DNA of 64,000 bases, taken from Ophelia neglecta. Its lineage: Eukaryota. The position numbers and the translations under genes were made by a program. This document shows positions 1 through 11,528 of the stretch, piece after piece. The stretch covers positions 37,200,001-37,264,000 of the forward strand of contig OZ260666.1 of NCBI GenBank assembly GCA_965285935.1, given 5' to 3'. The notes under the pieces were generated by a model that saw only the letters and a program-made list of their open reading frames with translations, made no database searches and was not told the origin of the DNA. Positions within the stretch are counted from its first letter, which is position 1. The number at the start of each line of letters is the position of its first letter.

Positions 1-51
1 AACCTGGTGCCATAATCAGATTATTATATTCACATTTGGTATTTCATTTAG

Positions 52-336
52 AGCAAACTGATGTTCCAATCCTGACTAAACTAGCAGACATCGAAATCAT
101 GGAAAATGAAGATGCTGTATTTGAAACATTGGCATCAGGAAAACCCTTGCCTATTATAGAATGGTTTAAGGGCATGGTGAAATTGAAGCCTTCACGTAGA
201 ATATTAATAGAGTGTACTAACAATGAACATAAATTAGTGATAAGGGAGTGCCAAGTGGAAGATACCGGACATGTGACCGTGAAAGCCTCCAATGTCGCTG
301 GTGCACATTCTGAACGCGCCGATCTTTTAGTGAAAG
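52..336 (+). CDS. Exon: Ig I-set domain (type A)
   Basis: tttcatttag|AG ... AAAG|gtcaat; 285 nt, phase 1-1; EQTDVPILTKLAD...WFKG...ASNVAG. Confidence 0.9.
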
Positions 337-424
337 GTCAATATCCGAGTTTTCTGTATTAATCTTCCAATTTTGAAAACAAAAGTACAGAAATAACATA
401 CTAACAATTTTTTATTTGTAATAG

Positions 425-709
425 AAATAGTAGAGGCACCCAAACTAACTAGGCCAGCTGATGTAGAAGTAACCGAAACAGAGGACGCCCTCTTTGAAAC
501 GGAAGTAGAAGGAATTCCAAAGCCTGAAGTTGATTGGCTCTTTGGAGATGACATAGTTACACCTTCCAGTAAGGTGCTGATTGAGCAGCAGGGGAGTATT
601 CACCGATTGAAGATGCGCTTTTGTGAGTTAGAGCAGTCAGGAATCATCATAGTAAAGGCATCAAATAAAGTGGGTGTAGCCACAGTTGATGCTAAACTGG
701 AAGTGAAAG
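425..709 (+). CDS. Exon: Ig I-set domain (type A)
   Basis: ttgtaatag|AA ... AAAG|gtatgg; 285 nt; EIVEAPKLTRPAD...GIPKPEVDW...ASNKVG. Confidence 0.9.
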
Positions 710-1740
710 GTATGGAAACTGCCTTGACAATGTCCTTGTCAAGTGTATATACCGAATGAAGCTATTACTAGCGGAGATTTAAATTATAGTGCATCACAAA
801 ACATTCATTGTATGCTCACTCTGGCAGGGAGTAGTACAATAGTTTTGTTCTGCATACATTAACAGAAAATTGTACAAATTAAGTAAAAAAAATGCTTACC
901 TGCTGATTTGCCGTTTGCTCTCCTGTATTATATTTCATCCGGCAGTGCAAGCTAATTTAAAGCTGGAGCCTTCTCTCCCACCATGTATATTGTTTTCCCT
1001 GATATCATTTTTCTCAATGCTTGATGACCGATCGGTGAAAGTTTTCCATTACATTTTTTCTCAATATACAAAGGAACATTTAATTTGAGTGTCAACGGAT
1101 AGACCACCAAAGCCTGATATATACTTCCTACATATTTGTGACACGTATTATCGGCATTAAGGTGGCACTAGTAGATAATGGTAAACTCTAGATAAGCTTT
1201 TGCTTCAAAATCATATGTATGATAAGGAGCCAGGACCTGATAATTTATATCTTGTATGCTTGCTCTACAAACTAGCTAAGGACAAGACTTTTCTTTGTGG
1301 AGGAAGGGCATAGTGGGTTTTTCTGTATATAATTCTCTTTTAGGGACTTCTCTGAAGAGTGCAGGCTTTTTGTATATTTCGTGTTAAGCATTGTCTTATC
1401 AGTGACTTTGATTATTTTTAACGAACAGGCGTTATGGACTCATTTCATTAGCTGCTATCATTTGAAAACCATTACTATACAACTTAACTGAAAGCTACCT
1501 TTTCACCTCTATTAATGCATCATATGATGGCATCAACTGCTCTCTTTTCAGGCTTCTATTTCTTCTTCTGTTCAGAAGAAAATCTAATTCTATTTCACAA
1601 ATACAACAGCTAAATCGAATTTACCGCAACTGACACCTAACAAGTACCAATGTATATGAATAGCATGGCATAATAACACGGACTTGATAACAACACTACC
1701 AACGTGTTACTTGAATTGAGAAAGAAGCCACTTATTACAG

Positions 1741-1967
1741 AAAAGCCAAAAACTCCAGAGCTTGAGCCAAAGCCAGTGCCCGAGCCGGTGGTTGAAAAGC
1801 AGGCCCGAGAGCCTGAACCAGTAACCGAGGCGGAAGTTGAGGAGCTGGCACCAGAGGCCAAACCAGAACCTGAGCCAGTAGTGGAAGAACAGGCCCCAGA
1901 GCCTGAACTAAAACCCATAAAGCCTGACACAGAACCACCTATGTTTACAGAAGTCTACCAAGACACT
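1741..1967 (+). CDS. Exon: PEVK-like linker plus start of Ig (module 1)
   Basis: ttattacag|AA ... ACT|gttagt; EKPKTPELEPKPVPEPVVE...PPMFTEVYQDT. Confidence 0.9.
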
Positions 1968-2122
1968 GTTAGTAGAAAAACTGTATGATTATACATGAAT
2001 AATTTCAGTTACTTTTGATTTACAGACTGCTTTCTTATGTTACCTGTCTTATTGTACATCAAATTAAATCAAAAAGGAAACCTCTAATGTTCTACATGTA
2101 TTGACTGGTATAACAATTTCAG

Positions 2123-2666
2123 ACTACTGAGATAAGGAAAAAAATTATTCTGACTGCCAAAGTGACAGGGAAACCCGAGCCAACTGTTATGTGGTTTGTG
2201 GATGGACAACAGATAAAGAAAACATTCAAAATCATGATGAAGAAAGAGAATGAAGTATGCACACTGACCATCTCAGGGGTCACCTTGAAGATGACAGGAG
2301 TGTACAAATGCGTTGCCACCAACGAGGCTGGAGAAGCTGTTCACGAAGCTAAGATAACAGTCTGCGAGAAGATGGAGCCTCCAGTCTTCACACAGAAACC
2401 AGCAAAGAAGGATGTTGTTGAGGGCAGCCCAGCTAAATTTGAGGCCAAGGTCAAAGGCGTTCCGGTTCCTGAGGTAATCTGGTACCGAGGCGTGGAAGAG
2501 GTTGTGCCTACTGAGCGAGTCACAGTGACCACCAAGGAGGTGAAGGGTAATGTCAGCACCACACTCACATTTGACAAGTGTGTTGTGGAGGACATATGTG
2601 ACCTCAAATGTGTTGCCAAGAATCAAGCTGGAGAAGCCCTCTGCAAGACTACCCTTAATGTCAAAA
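2123..2666 (+). CDS. Exon: two Ig domains (module 1)
   Basis: aatttcag|ACT ... AAAA|gtatgt; 544 nt, phase 0-1. Confidence 0.92.
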
Positions 2667-3558
2667 GTATGTTTGAATTTCTCGCAAAAGCATGTGCAAA
2701 TTAACTGCAGTTTCTTGAACAATGCGGCTATGAACTTTAACAGCTTATCGTGGATTCCTACGCCATGTAACTGACCTGAAGCAGGAATACTTTAACCAAG
2801 GAATTCACTGACACATGCTGGATCAAATTTCACCAAAATGGCCTTCTCCCTAGCTATTTTATCTTTCTACTTTCCTCATTATTCAGTCTCACATTTTTCT
2901 TCGTGATCAAAAACTTTGTTTATACATAACCTTAAAATATCACATTGCTCATTGATCATTGATGCTCAAAAAATACGTAACACAATTATGGCATGCATGA
3001 TGGAATGTGTGAGTTTTCCCATTGTTGTACCATGAACATTCTATCAAATGTTGTTTACCACAGAAATCAGTCATCACTCTTTTTTATTTAATGTTATGTA
3101 TCGAAAACATAGTGGGACACAAACCGTTCTTTTTCTCTGCTGGACTGATTAACATTTGTTTAACCGTAATCATCTGAATCCTAGACATAAGAAAAAGGAA
3201 ATATACATTCAAATATAGTATGTGCCAGTTAGGGCGAACTCGTTTTCCAAAAAAACATTAATACAGTTCTATGCAACTTACCTGCAACACGGATCATAAA
3301 CAAAGCCTTAAACAAAGCTATCCTTTTACCTCTATTAATACATCATATGATGGCATCAACTACTCTGCTTTAAGGTTTTCTTCTGTTTAAAAAACAGAAA
3401 TCTAATTCTGCTTTACAAATACAAGCTTCATCGTTTTTACTGCAACTGACACTTAAAAAGGACCAATAATATGTGAATGGGCATGGCATAATAACATGGA
3501 TGTGATAACAACACTACCAATGTATAACTTGAATTAAGAAAGAAGCTACTTATTACAG

Positions 3559-3785
3559 AAAAGCCAAAAACTCCAGAGCTTGAGCAAAAGCCAGTGCCCG
3601 AGCCAGTGGTTGAAAAGCAGGTCCAAAAGCCTGAATCAATTCCCGATGCCGTAGTTGAGGAGCTGGCACCAGAGGCCAAACCAGAACCTGAGCCAGTAGT
3701 GGAAGAACAGGCCCCAGGGCCTGAACTAAAACCCATAAAGCCTGACACAGAACCACCTATATTTACAGGAGTCTACCAAGACACT
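3559..3785 (+). CDS. Exon: PEVK-like linker (module 2, duplicate of module 1)
   Basis: ttattacag|AA ... ACT|gttagt; 227 nt. Confidence 0.9.
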
Positions 3786-3939
3786 GTTAGTAGAAAAATT
3801 GTATGATTATACATGAATAATTTCAGTTACTTTTGATTTACAGACTGCTTTGCACATTGTATTATCTTATTGTACATCATATTAATCAATAAGGTAACCT
3901 CTAATATTCTACATGTATTGACTGGTATAACAATTTCAG

Positions 3940-4483
3940 ACTGTTGAAGTAAGGAAAAACCTTATACTGACCATCAAAGTCACAGGGAAACCTGAACCTA
4001 CTGTCAAGTGGTTTGTGGATGGAAAACAAATAAATAAAACATTCAAAATCATGATGAAGAAAGAGAATGAAGTATGCACACTGACCATCTCAGGGGTCAC
4101 CTTGAAGATGACAGGAGTGTACAAATGCGTTGCCACCAACGAGGCTGGAGAAGCAGTTCACGAGGCTAAGATAACAGTCTGCGAGAAGATGGAGCCTCCA
4201 GTCTTCACACAGAAACCAGCAAAGAAGGATGTTGTTGAGGGCAGCCCAGCTAAATTTGAGGCCAAGGTCAAAGGCGTTCCGGTTCCTGAGGTGATCTGGT
4301 ACCGAGGTGAGGAAGAGGTTGTGCCTACTGAGCGAGTCACAGTGACCACCAAGGAGGTGAAGGGTATTGTCAGCACCACACTCACATTTGACAAGTGTGT
4401 TGTGGAGGACATATGTGACATCAAATGTGTTGCCAAGAATCAAGCTGGAGAAGCCCTCTGCAAGACTACCCTTAATGTCAAAA
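3940..4483 (+). CDS. Exon: two Ig domains (module 2)
   Basis: aatttcag|ACT ... AAAA|gtatgt; 544 nt. Confidence 0.92.
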
Positions 4484-5024
4484 GTATGTTTGAATTTCTC
4501 GCAAAAGCATGTGCAAATTACAAATCAATCTAACTCCAGTTTCTACGACATTGCGGCTATGAACTTTAACAGCTTATCGTGGATTCCTACGCCATTTAAC
4601 TGACCTGAAGCAGGAATACTTTAACCAAGGAATTCACTGACACATGCTGGATCAAATTTCACCGAAATGACCTTCTGCCTAGCTTCTTTATCTTTCTACT
4701 TTGTTCATTATTCAGTCTCACATTTTTCTTCGTGAACAAAAACCTTTTCATACATAACCTTTTAATCTCACATTGCTCGCCGATAATTGATTCTCAACAA
4801 ATACATGAATATTAGTTGTGTGAATAATGAAATGTGTGTGTTTTTCCGTTGTACCATGAATATACTGTCAAAAAATACTTACCAATAAAATCAAGCATGA
4901 CTTCTTTTATTGGTTGTTATGTATAGTCTTTTTCTCTGCATGCCTAAGTTACATATAAATGTACGGAGCATGGCATGCTTGAAGATAATTAACCAGTTAA
5001 TGCATCATTTGATGATGCTTGCAG

Positions 5025-5164
5025 AAAAACCAAAAACACCAGAGCCTGAACCAGAACCTGAGCCTGAACCTGTGCAAGAGGTTGTCGAGGAGGCACCTGT
5101 ACCTAAACCAGAGCGCAAGCCTAGCATGGAACCTCCAGTCTTCAGTGAAGCCTACCAGGAAACT
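5025..5164 (+). CDS. Exon: PEVK-like linker (module 3)
   Basis: gcttgcag|AA ... ACT|gttagt; EKPKTPEPEPEPEPEP...ERKPSMEPPVF. Confidence 0.9.
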
Positions 5165-5294
5165 GTTAGTACTGAATTGTTGGCATTTGCATGAACCATC
5201 AACATACACAGGCATGCCAAAACCTGCAAATTTATGCATGAAGCATATAATACACCAAATTGACCTAAAACACTATTTTTAATGACACTTTCAG

Positions 5295-5838
5295 ACCATA
5301 GAAGAGAAGAATAATTTAACTTTAACGATCAATGTGACTGGAAAGCCTGAGCCAACTGTCAAATGGTTCAGAGATGGAGTTGAAATCAAGCCAACCTTCA
5401 AAATTGTTATGAAGAAGACCAAAGAAGTGTGTACCCTTACTCTCACTGGTGTCACCACCAAGATGACAGGCGTCTACAAATGTGTGGCCACCAACAAAGC
5501 TGGAGAAGCTGTTCACGAGGCTAAGATCACAGTCTGCGAGAAGATGCAGCCACCAGTCTTTACCTTAAAACCAACCAACAAAGACCTCTATGAAGGCTTG
5601 CCTTCTAAATTTGAAGCCAAAGCCAAGGGTATACCAATACCTGATGTTACCTGGTTCAAAAACGAGGAAGAAATACAAAGCACTGAACTCATCAAAGTAG
5701 ATACAAAGGAAGTCAAGGGCGTAAAGGTCACGTCCGTTACATTTGATGAATGTAAAGTGGACGATACATCTGACATCCACTGTGTGGCCAAAAATCCTGC
5801 AGGGGAGGCCAAATGTTCAGCCAAATTGGTTGTTAAGA
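5295..5838 (+). CDS. Exon: two Ig domains (module 3)
   Basis: ctttcag|ACC ... AAGA|gtaagc; 544 nt. Confidence 0.92.
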
Positions 5839-6177
5839 GTAAGCTATTAGGATCATCTGCATGAAAATCATTCTCTTGTTTGGTAGCCTGATAAGACAAT
5901 AAGCTTTTTCTTTTGTACATACATTTCCTGAGGTATAATGGACATGTATATAGTTGGCAACAAAAAACCTTAAATATTGCAGGATACCTGTTACTAAGTT
6001 CTACCGCATTATGTTTTGATATGAAATAGCAGCCACATTTATTGTTTTTAATACCATGGTTTACATAGTGTAGAGTTTGCAATATATTATGATCAATTTA
6101 AATGTTGTAAATTACTCAAAATAAAATGAGCAAAGAAATAATGTCAAGACTAATATATTTACATTGTGCATTTACAG

Positions 6178-6465
6178 TGAAGAAAGAAAAAGCTAAATTC
6201 ATTAAAAAGCCAGAAGACCAGGAAATAATAGAACAAGAGGATGCTGTATTTGAGACTGAAGTCAGTGGCAAACCCGAACCTGACGTGGAATGGTTCCGTG
6301 GAGACACAAGACTAGAACCATCAGATAAATTTGTCCATGAGAAAGATGGAAAGAAGCACAAACTCGTGATCAAGACTGCTCAGTTGGATGAGGCTGGACC
6401 ATACAGTGTTAAAATCACCAATGAAGTGGGGTCATTTAGTGCAATGGCCAAACTTAAAGTCAATG
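6178..6465 (+). CDS. Exon: Ig domain (type A)
   Basis: tttacag|TG ... AATG|gtaaaa; 288 nt. Confidence 0.92.
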
Positions 6466-6825
6466 GTAAAATGTTCATTATGTTGCCATGAAATGCACCA
6501 ACATGTCATGGATATATGTATAGATGTAAATACAGAGTAGTTACAATATAATTTATAACTTTATTTCGTGTAGTAAGTAATATTTTTCTAAAAACAATAT
6601 TTGTCTCCTTGGAAAAAATAGCGAGGCATGTGTAATTATTCTTACCATCTATTGAGTTTTAAAATATACTTAATTTATTCTATTGAACCATGGACTTCCC
6701 TGGACGAGTTATATTCATCAAATAATTGCTTCTTTGATAAACCTACATGTAGACATCATGTTCACAACCTAACCATGGAGAGTGTTTTATCTTATGACAA
6801 TGGAGCAATTTACTTATCCCTGTAG

Positions 6826-6935
6826 CACTTCCAAAAGAACCTGAGCCCATTGTAGAGGAGAAAGCCCCTGAGCGTAAGGCAGAACGTAAACCTAGCCTGG
6901 AGCCTCCTGCCTTCACAGAGGTCTATGAAGAAACC
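6826..6935 (+). CDS. Exon: short PEVK-like linker (module 4; not in ORF track)
   Basis: ccctgtag|CA ... ACC|gtaagt; ALPKEPEPIVEEKAPERKAERKPSLEPPAFTEVYEET. Confidence 0.9.
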
Positions 6936-7219
6936 GTAAGTGCTATATCAAGAAAAAATGTACCCAAGTGTTCACAATAAATTAAAGATGCAAAATTTAA
7001 TGTTGATTATAAAAAATGTATTGTGCATGAACTTGCAAAATATTTTGACTTTTGAGGTCTTTCAAGTTACATTTCGCCTTGATTACAATATTTCAATGTT
7101 CTCAAATTGTAGTTCTGTTTGAAAGTGAAAAGTACAGTCATTTAAAGTTGTTTTAGGCTCTAACAAGATATTCAAAAAATACTCCTCTTATTATTGTGTG
7201 ATGGCATATTAACTTGCAG

Positions 7220-7763
7220 ACAATTGAGGAGAAAAAGAGTTTAACCTTGACTGCCAAAGTTACAGGCAAACCAGAGCCAAGCATCAAATGGTTCAGAGAT
7301 GGTGAAGAGATCAAAGGCACTTTTAAAATAAAAATGAGCAAAACAGAGGAAGTTTGTACCCTGACCATATCAGGAGTGCTTAAAAATATGACAGGAATGT
7401 ACAAATGTGTAGCTACCAATACAGCTGGAGAAGCTGTCCATGAAGCAAAGGTCACAGTCTGTGAGAAAATGGAGCCACCAGTCTTTACACAGAAGCCAGC
7501 AAAGAAAGATATCTTTGAGGGTGTAACAGCCAAATTTGATGCTAAGGTGAAGGGTGTTCCGGTTCCTGAGGTGAAATGGGTTCGAGATGAGGAGGAGATT
7601 GTGTCCACCGAGCGTGTCACAGTGACCTCCAAGGAGGTGAAGGGCATTGTCAACACCACACTCACATTTGACAAGTGTGTTGTGGAAGACACCTGTGATC
7701 TTGAATGCGTTGCCAAGAACCCAGCTGGAGAAGCCACGTACACCACTTCACTTAATGTCAAAA
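7220..7763 (+). CDS. Exon: two Ig domains (module 4)
   Basis: cttgcag|ACA ... AAAA|gtaagt; 544 nt. Confidence 0.92.
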
Positions 7764-7899
7764 GTAAGTTATCCGTTTTGCATAATATATATGCATACAG
7801 CATTTACCCTAATATATGTCCAAATTTCCACTCAGAACATATTACATTTCAAAAATCTTATTATGTTGCTGCAACTCAACTATACCATTACTCTTGCAG

Positions 7900-8184
7900 T
7901 TAAAAAGGTCAAGCCTACCGTATCCAAAATAAAAGATGTAGAGATCATGGAACAGGAGGATGCTGTCTTTGAGACAGAGATTACAGGGAAACCAGAACCC
8001 ACGGTTGAGTGGTTCTCTGGGTCCGTCAAACTGGAGCCTTCTGATAAGATTATCATTGAAAAAGAAGAAACAAAGTGCAGACTGACCCTGAAGACATGTG
8101 AAGTCAATCAGACTGGGCCCATCTCAGTGACAGCCACCAATGATGCTGGCACCATTACTGGCAAAGCTAAGCTTAAAGTTAAAG
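7900..8184 (+). CDS. Exon: Ig domain (type A)
   Basis: ctcttgcag|TT ... AAAG|gtaatg; 285 nt. Confidence 0.92.
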
Positions 8185-8431
8185 GTAATGCCATAATTTA
8201 AGCCCTTTTGCTATGCTTCATCTAATCACCTTTAGCTGATTGTACAATTTGTACATATTTTGCTTTACATAGTCAAGATCTGCAATTAAATGCTTTCTCT
8301 CCTGGCTATAGAGGTGGTGTTTGGTTCTTAATTTCTTTTGTATATAACAACAAATGTCATATGCTCTCTGGTGGCTTAGGTTAAAAGAGTTCTAGATTCT
8401 ATGTCTGTTATTTGCACACCTGACATTGTAG

Positions 8432-8806
8432 CACTGCCCAAGCCCAAGGAACCAGAGCCGGAACCTGAGCCAGAGCCTGCTGTAGAGCCTGAAAAGGCTC
8501 CAGAGGCAGAGAAACCAGCCCAGGAACCTCCCAAATTCATTGAGGTATATGAAGACATGACTGTGGAAGAGACATCTACCATGGAATTAAGAGTCAAAGT
8601 CACAGGACTTCCTGAGCCAGAGGTCAAATGGTACCGTGATGGGAAGGTCATGGCTGCTACTCTCAAAGTGAAAATTACCAAGGAGGGAGAGGGAGTTCAC
8701 AAACTGACCATCAATAACATTACTGATAAACAGGCTGGAGTTTACAAGTGTGTAGCTACCAACAAGGCTGGTAAAGCCAACCATCAAGCTAAGATCAACA
8801 CTACAG
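8432..8806 (+). CDS. Exon: PEVK-like linker plus Ig (module 5)
   Basis: cattgtag|CA ... ACAG|gtaggc; 375 nt. Confidence 0.92.
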
Positions 8807-9540
8807 GTAGGCCTAAAATAACATGGTGTTTGTTAGAGAACACATGCTTTCGGGCTCATTAATAACATATATAGCTCCTTGTCTTCCCCATATACTACAG
8901 TGTTTGAGAATAGATTTCAGAAGGTGCACATAACCCTTCATCCTCCCATGCCTCACAAACTACAGTGGGTGAAGAGGTCATGATATGATGTACAAATCAA
9001 CCTCCAGGATGTATCAAACAACTTTATTGTTCTCTCTTTTCTCTATCCTTCATTTTTGAATTTTCTCTTTAATTACATTCACTTCTATTCACTCCAAGAC
9101 ACGATAAAGTGGGAATGACATTCGTCAATATTTCTTTTACTTCTGTCCATTATTCATATAATAGTATGCTGTGCACATATCATTCATTTCTTATTTCTTT
9201 ATCTATTTGAACACAATATGTCTCTCATAAACAATCTAATCATTCTACAAACGGACAGGAAATTCCTATTCATATACACTGAAACTTTTTCTCCCTGGTG
9301 CCATTCATCTAATGTTTATTGTAAAGCATATTTTGTAATTAGCCCTGAATACGATCTCTCGGAATCAACTCCTAGAGCTTCCTGAAGTTTGGAAGATGCT
9401 AGGGCCTATACACGACACAGCCTTGTGAAAAATAATTTAGACCTCTTTTCTTCTACATGTACATATGTATATAGTACTAATATCTGTCATTATTTAAGGT
9501 TGTTTACAACTAGCTTATCATACCTATTCATTGGCAAATA

Positions 9541-9717
9541 CAGTGAAACCTGCCTGTAAGACCACCTCTATATTCAGACCACCTGCCAATTCAGACTACT
9601 AGTATGAAGAGCATACTAAACACTTTCAAAATAAATTAACCTGGCTAAACAGACCACCTCTATAATCAGACCAGTATTTTCCATCCCTTGGGTGGTCTCA
9701 ATTCACAGGTTTCACTG
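9541..9717. mobile_element. Non-autonomous MITE, Tc1/mariner-pogo(Tigger)-like, 177 bp, intronic
   Basis: Perfect 12-bp TIR CAGTGAAACCTG (9541-9552) / CAGGTTTCACTG (9706-9717); subterminal AGACCACC/GGTGGTCT; internal AGACCACC repeats; TA on the left flank, TG on the right. Confidence 0.8.
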
Positions 9718-9863
9718 TGATCTTTAATTCCATCTATTACTGTATCACTATACCACAAACTTTATCATGCATTTCTCAAAGATGCTGCTCAACCTTTTTT
9801 CCTTTCTGGTACATGTCTCGTACATGTACATGATGCTACAGCTCTTCTTTTCCCTTTACCTAG

Positions 9864-9899
9864 CCCCTACGGATGTTAAGCCTAAGGCTAAGCCAGGTG
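9864..9899 (+). CDS. 36-nt candidate microexon (APTDVKPKAKPG)
   Basis: ctcttcttttccctttacctag|CC ... GGTG|gtaagt; phase 1-1, in frame with flanking exons. Confidence 0.8.
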
Positions 9900-11091
9900 G
9901 TAAGTGATTCACATAGTCCACACCATATCATCATTCATTCAGCATCTATGAATTCATACATCTATGTCTTTATGCATTCTTTACAAGTAGAAGACATGAT
10001 ATTTTGGATCCTTTCTTTGGGAAGCAGCTGTCTACTTCAAGAAAGAATCTATCATTTTGCTATTCATACACTAAATGCTTTCGACATTTATGTTGTTTGC
10101 CTTGCTACCTTTCCTGACAGTTTGCTGGCTCATTCATCAAATCATTTGATTGTTCATGTATTTATGAGTGTCATGTTGTTGGTCGATACTTTTTCTGCTG
10201 CCTTTGGAAAATAAACAAGAGCTTCCTCAGTCTGTTCTGTTCATAATATCATTTTCTTCCTCATAAAAGCATGTTTATTTTTGTAGATACATGTTTTTTT
10301 TGTCGTCCTACTTTTTCTCATTTGTTTATTTTCAGTTTTCTTAAATCATGAGTCTGATTTCCAAGCCATTTCATTTAGATTTATTATAGAATATAAAGCA
10401 AGTCTTTTGTTCTTCACTGTGGCCTAACTTCTTATTAAGATACTTTTCACATTCGTCATAAACTACTAATCAAGGAGACTCATGCTGCAATATGTCAGGA
10501 GATATTAGGGTGCACTCTATTTAATTATGGTCAAGATAGGGATTACAGCTACAAGATATTGTAACTTGATATATTTTCCAAATTCACCCCAAGCTAGTTA
10601 TAAATATGGTGAAACAGTGTTATGGGGAGATCAAACTATTTTGTCTAAGCAGAAGCAGAAATGATTTTCTCTTGATCATCACCTTCATACAAACCTTGCA
10701 ATAGATCTAAACCATCATTTCATATTTGACTGAAACTTCATTGTACCTAATTATTCACTGATATGCCTTATTAAAACTTCATGTCAGTAGTATGTTTGTG
10801 TTGATCACTTCGTCAGTTTCAGTTATTCTTGTACCTCGTATTTTCAAGTTAATGGACAGATTAGTATCATAGTAAAGTCAAGATGTTTATAAATTGGTAA
10901 CATGTACATATGTAACATCTTATTGAAAGATTGACGTAATGTTATACTTCCCATATCCTCTAAAAAGTTTAATGAAGGAACTTGCTTTCCAACAGTACTT
11001 TTCAAATGATCCAGTCTGCATTAGTGCTACAGTTGCATTATCATTATACTTGTACATTGGGTAAAACAGCTTTGTACATTAATGTTTACAG

Positions 11092-11248
11092 AAAAACTAG
11101 AAGCCCCAGTTTTCATTAGAGAGCTAAGTAACAAAGAACACAGAGAGGGCCAACGTGTTCAGTTTGATGCCACAGTTAAGGGCAAACCTAAACCTGAGAT
11201 CACTTGGTACCACAATGGTGTCCTTCTGGAACAAACAGAGAGAATCAA
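11092..11248 (+). CDS. Exon: Ig domain, N-half
   Basis: tttacag|AA ... ATCAA|gtaagt; EKLEAPVFIRELSNK...GKPKPEITWY. Confidence 0.9.
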
Positions 11249-11385
11249 GTAAGTCTAAGTGTCTAACTTCCAGGGATGGGGAGCTCTTGTGTTCTTGTTT
11301 AATATTCAATGTTCACTCAAATCGAATTATACATAATTATGTAGCTTTTAACAAAACCTATATTTTTACATATATACTATTGCAG

Positions 11386-11528
11386 ATGGGAAGTATCAGA
11401 AATTCGCAAGGAATTCACCTTGAGACTCACCATTGATGACCTAGTGTTGGAGGACGGTGGGGAGCTCAAGTGTGTGGCTAAGAATGAGGCTGGAGAAGCA
11501 TCATGCACTGCCACACTTGATATCCAAA
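11386..11528 (+). CDS. Exon: Ig domain, C-half
   Basis: ttgcag|A ... CAAA|gtaggc; ...LTIDDLVLEDGGELKCVAKNEAG. Confidence 0.9.

Larger units (their letters stand above)
1490..4925 (+). repeat. Recent tandem duplication, two copies (~1490-3110 and ~3310-4925, offset ~1.82 kb), each with a PEVK exon, an Ig-Ig exon and introns
   Basis: Near-identical exons (227 nt and 544 nt in both copies) and alignable introns, e.g. acctctattaat.catcatatgatggcatcaac and ctgacctgaagcaggaatactttaaccaaggaattcactgacacatgctggatc. Outer boundaries approximate. Confidence 0.93.

Noticed and set aside
2093-2100. Recurrent TACATGTA palindromes in introns
   Set aside because: Dispersed short motif that looks like a genome-wide compositional feature, with no locus-specific pattern.
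9873-10214. 113-aa intronic ORF and other intron ORFs (e.g. 870-1088, 38195-38479)
   Set aside because: Intron-like composition and no domain similarity. Only the short stretches bounded by splice signals were retained as microexon candidates.
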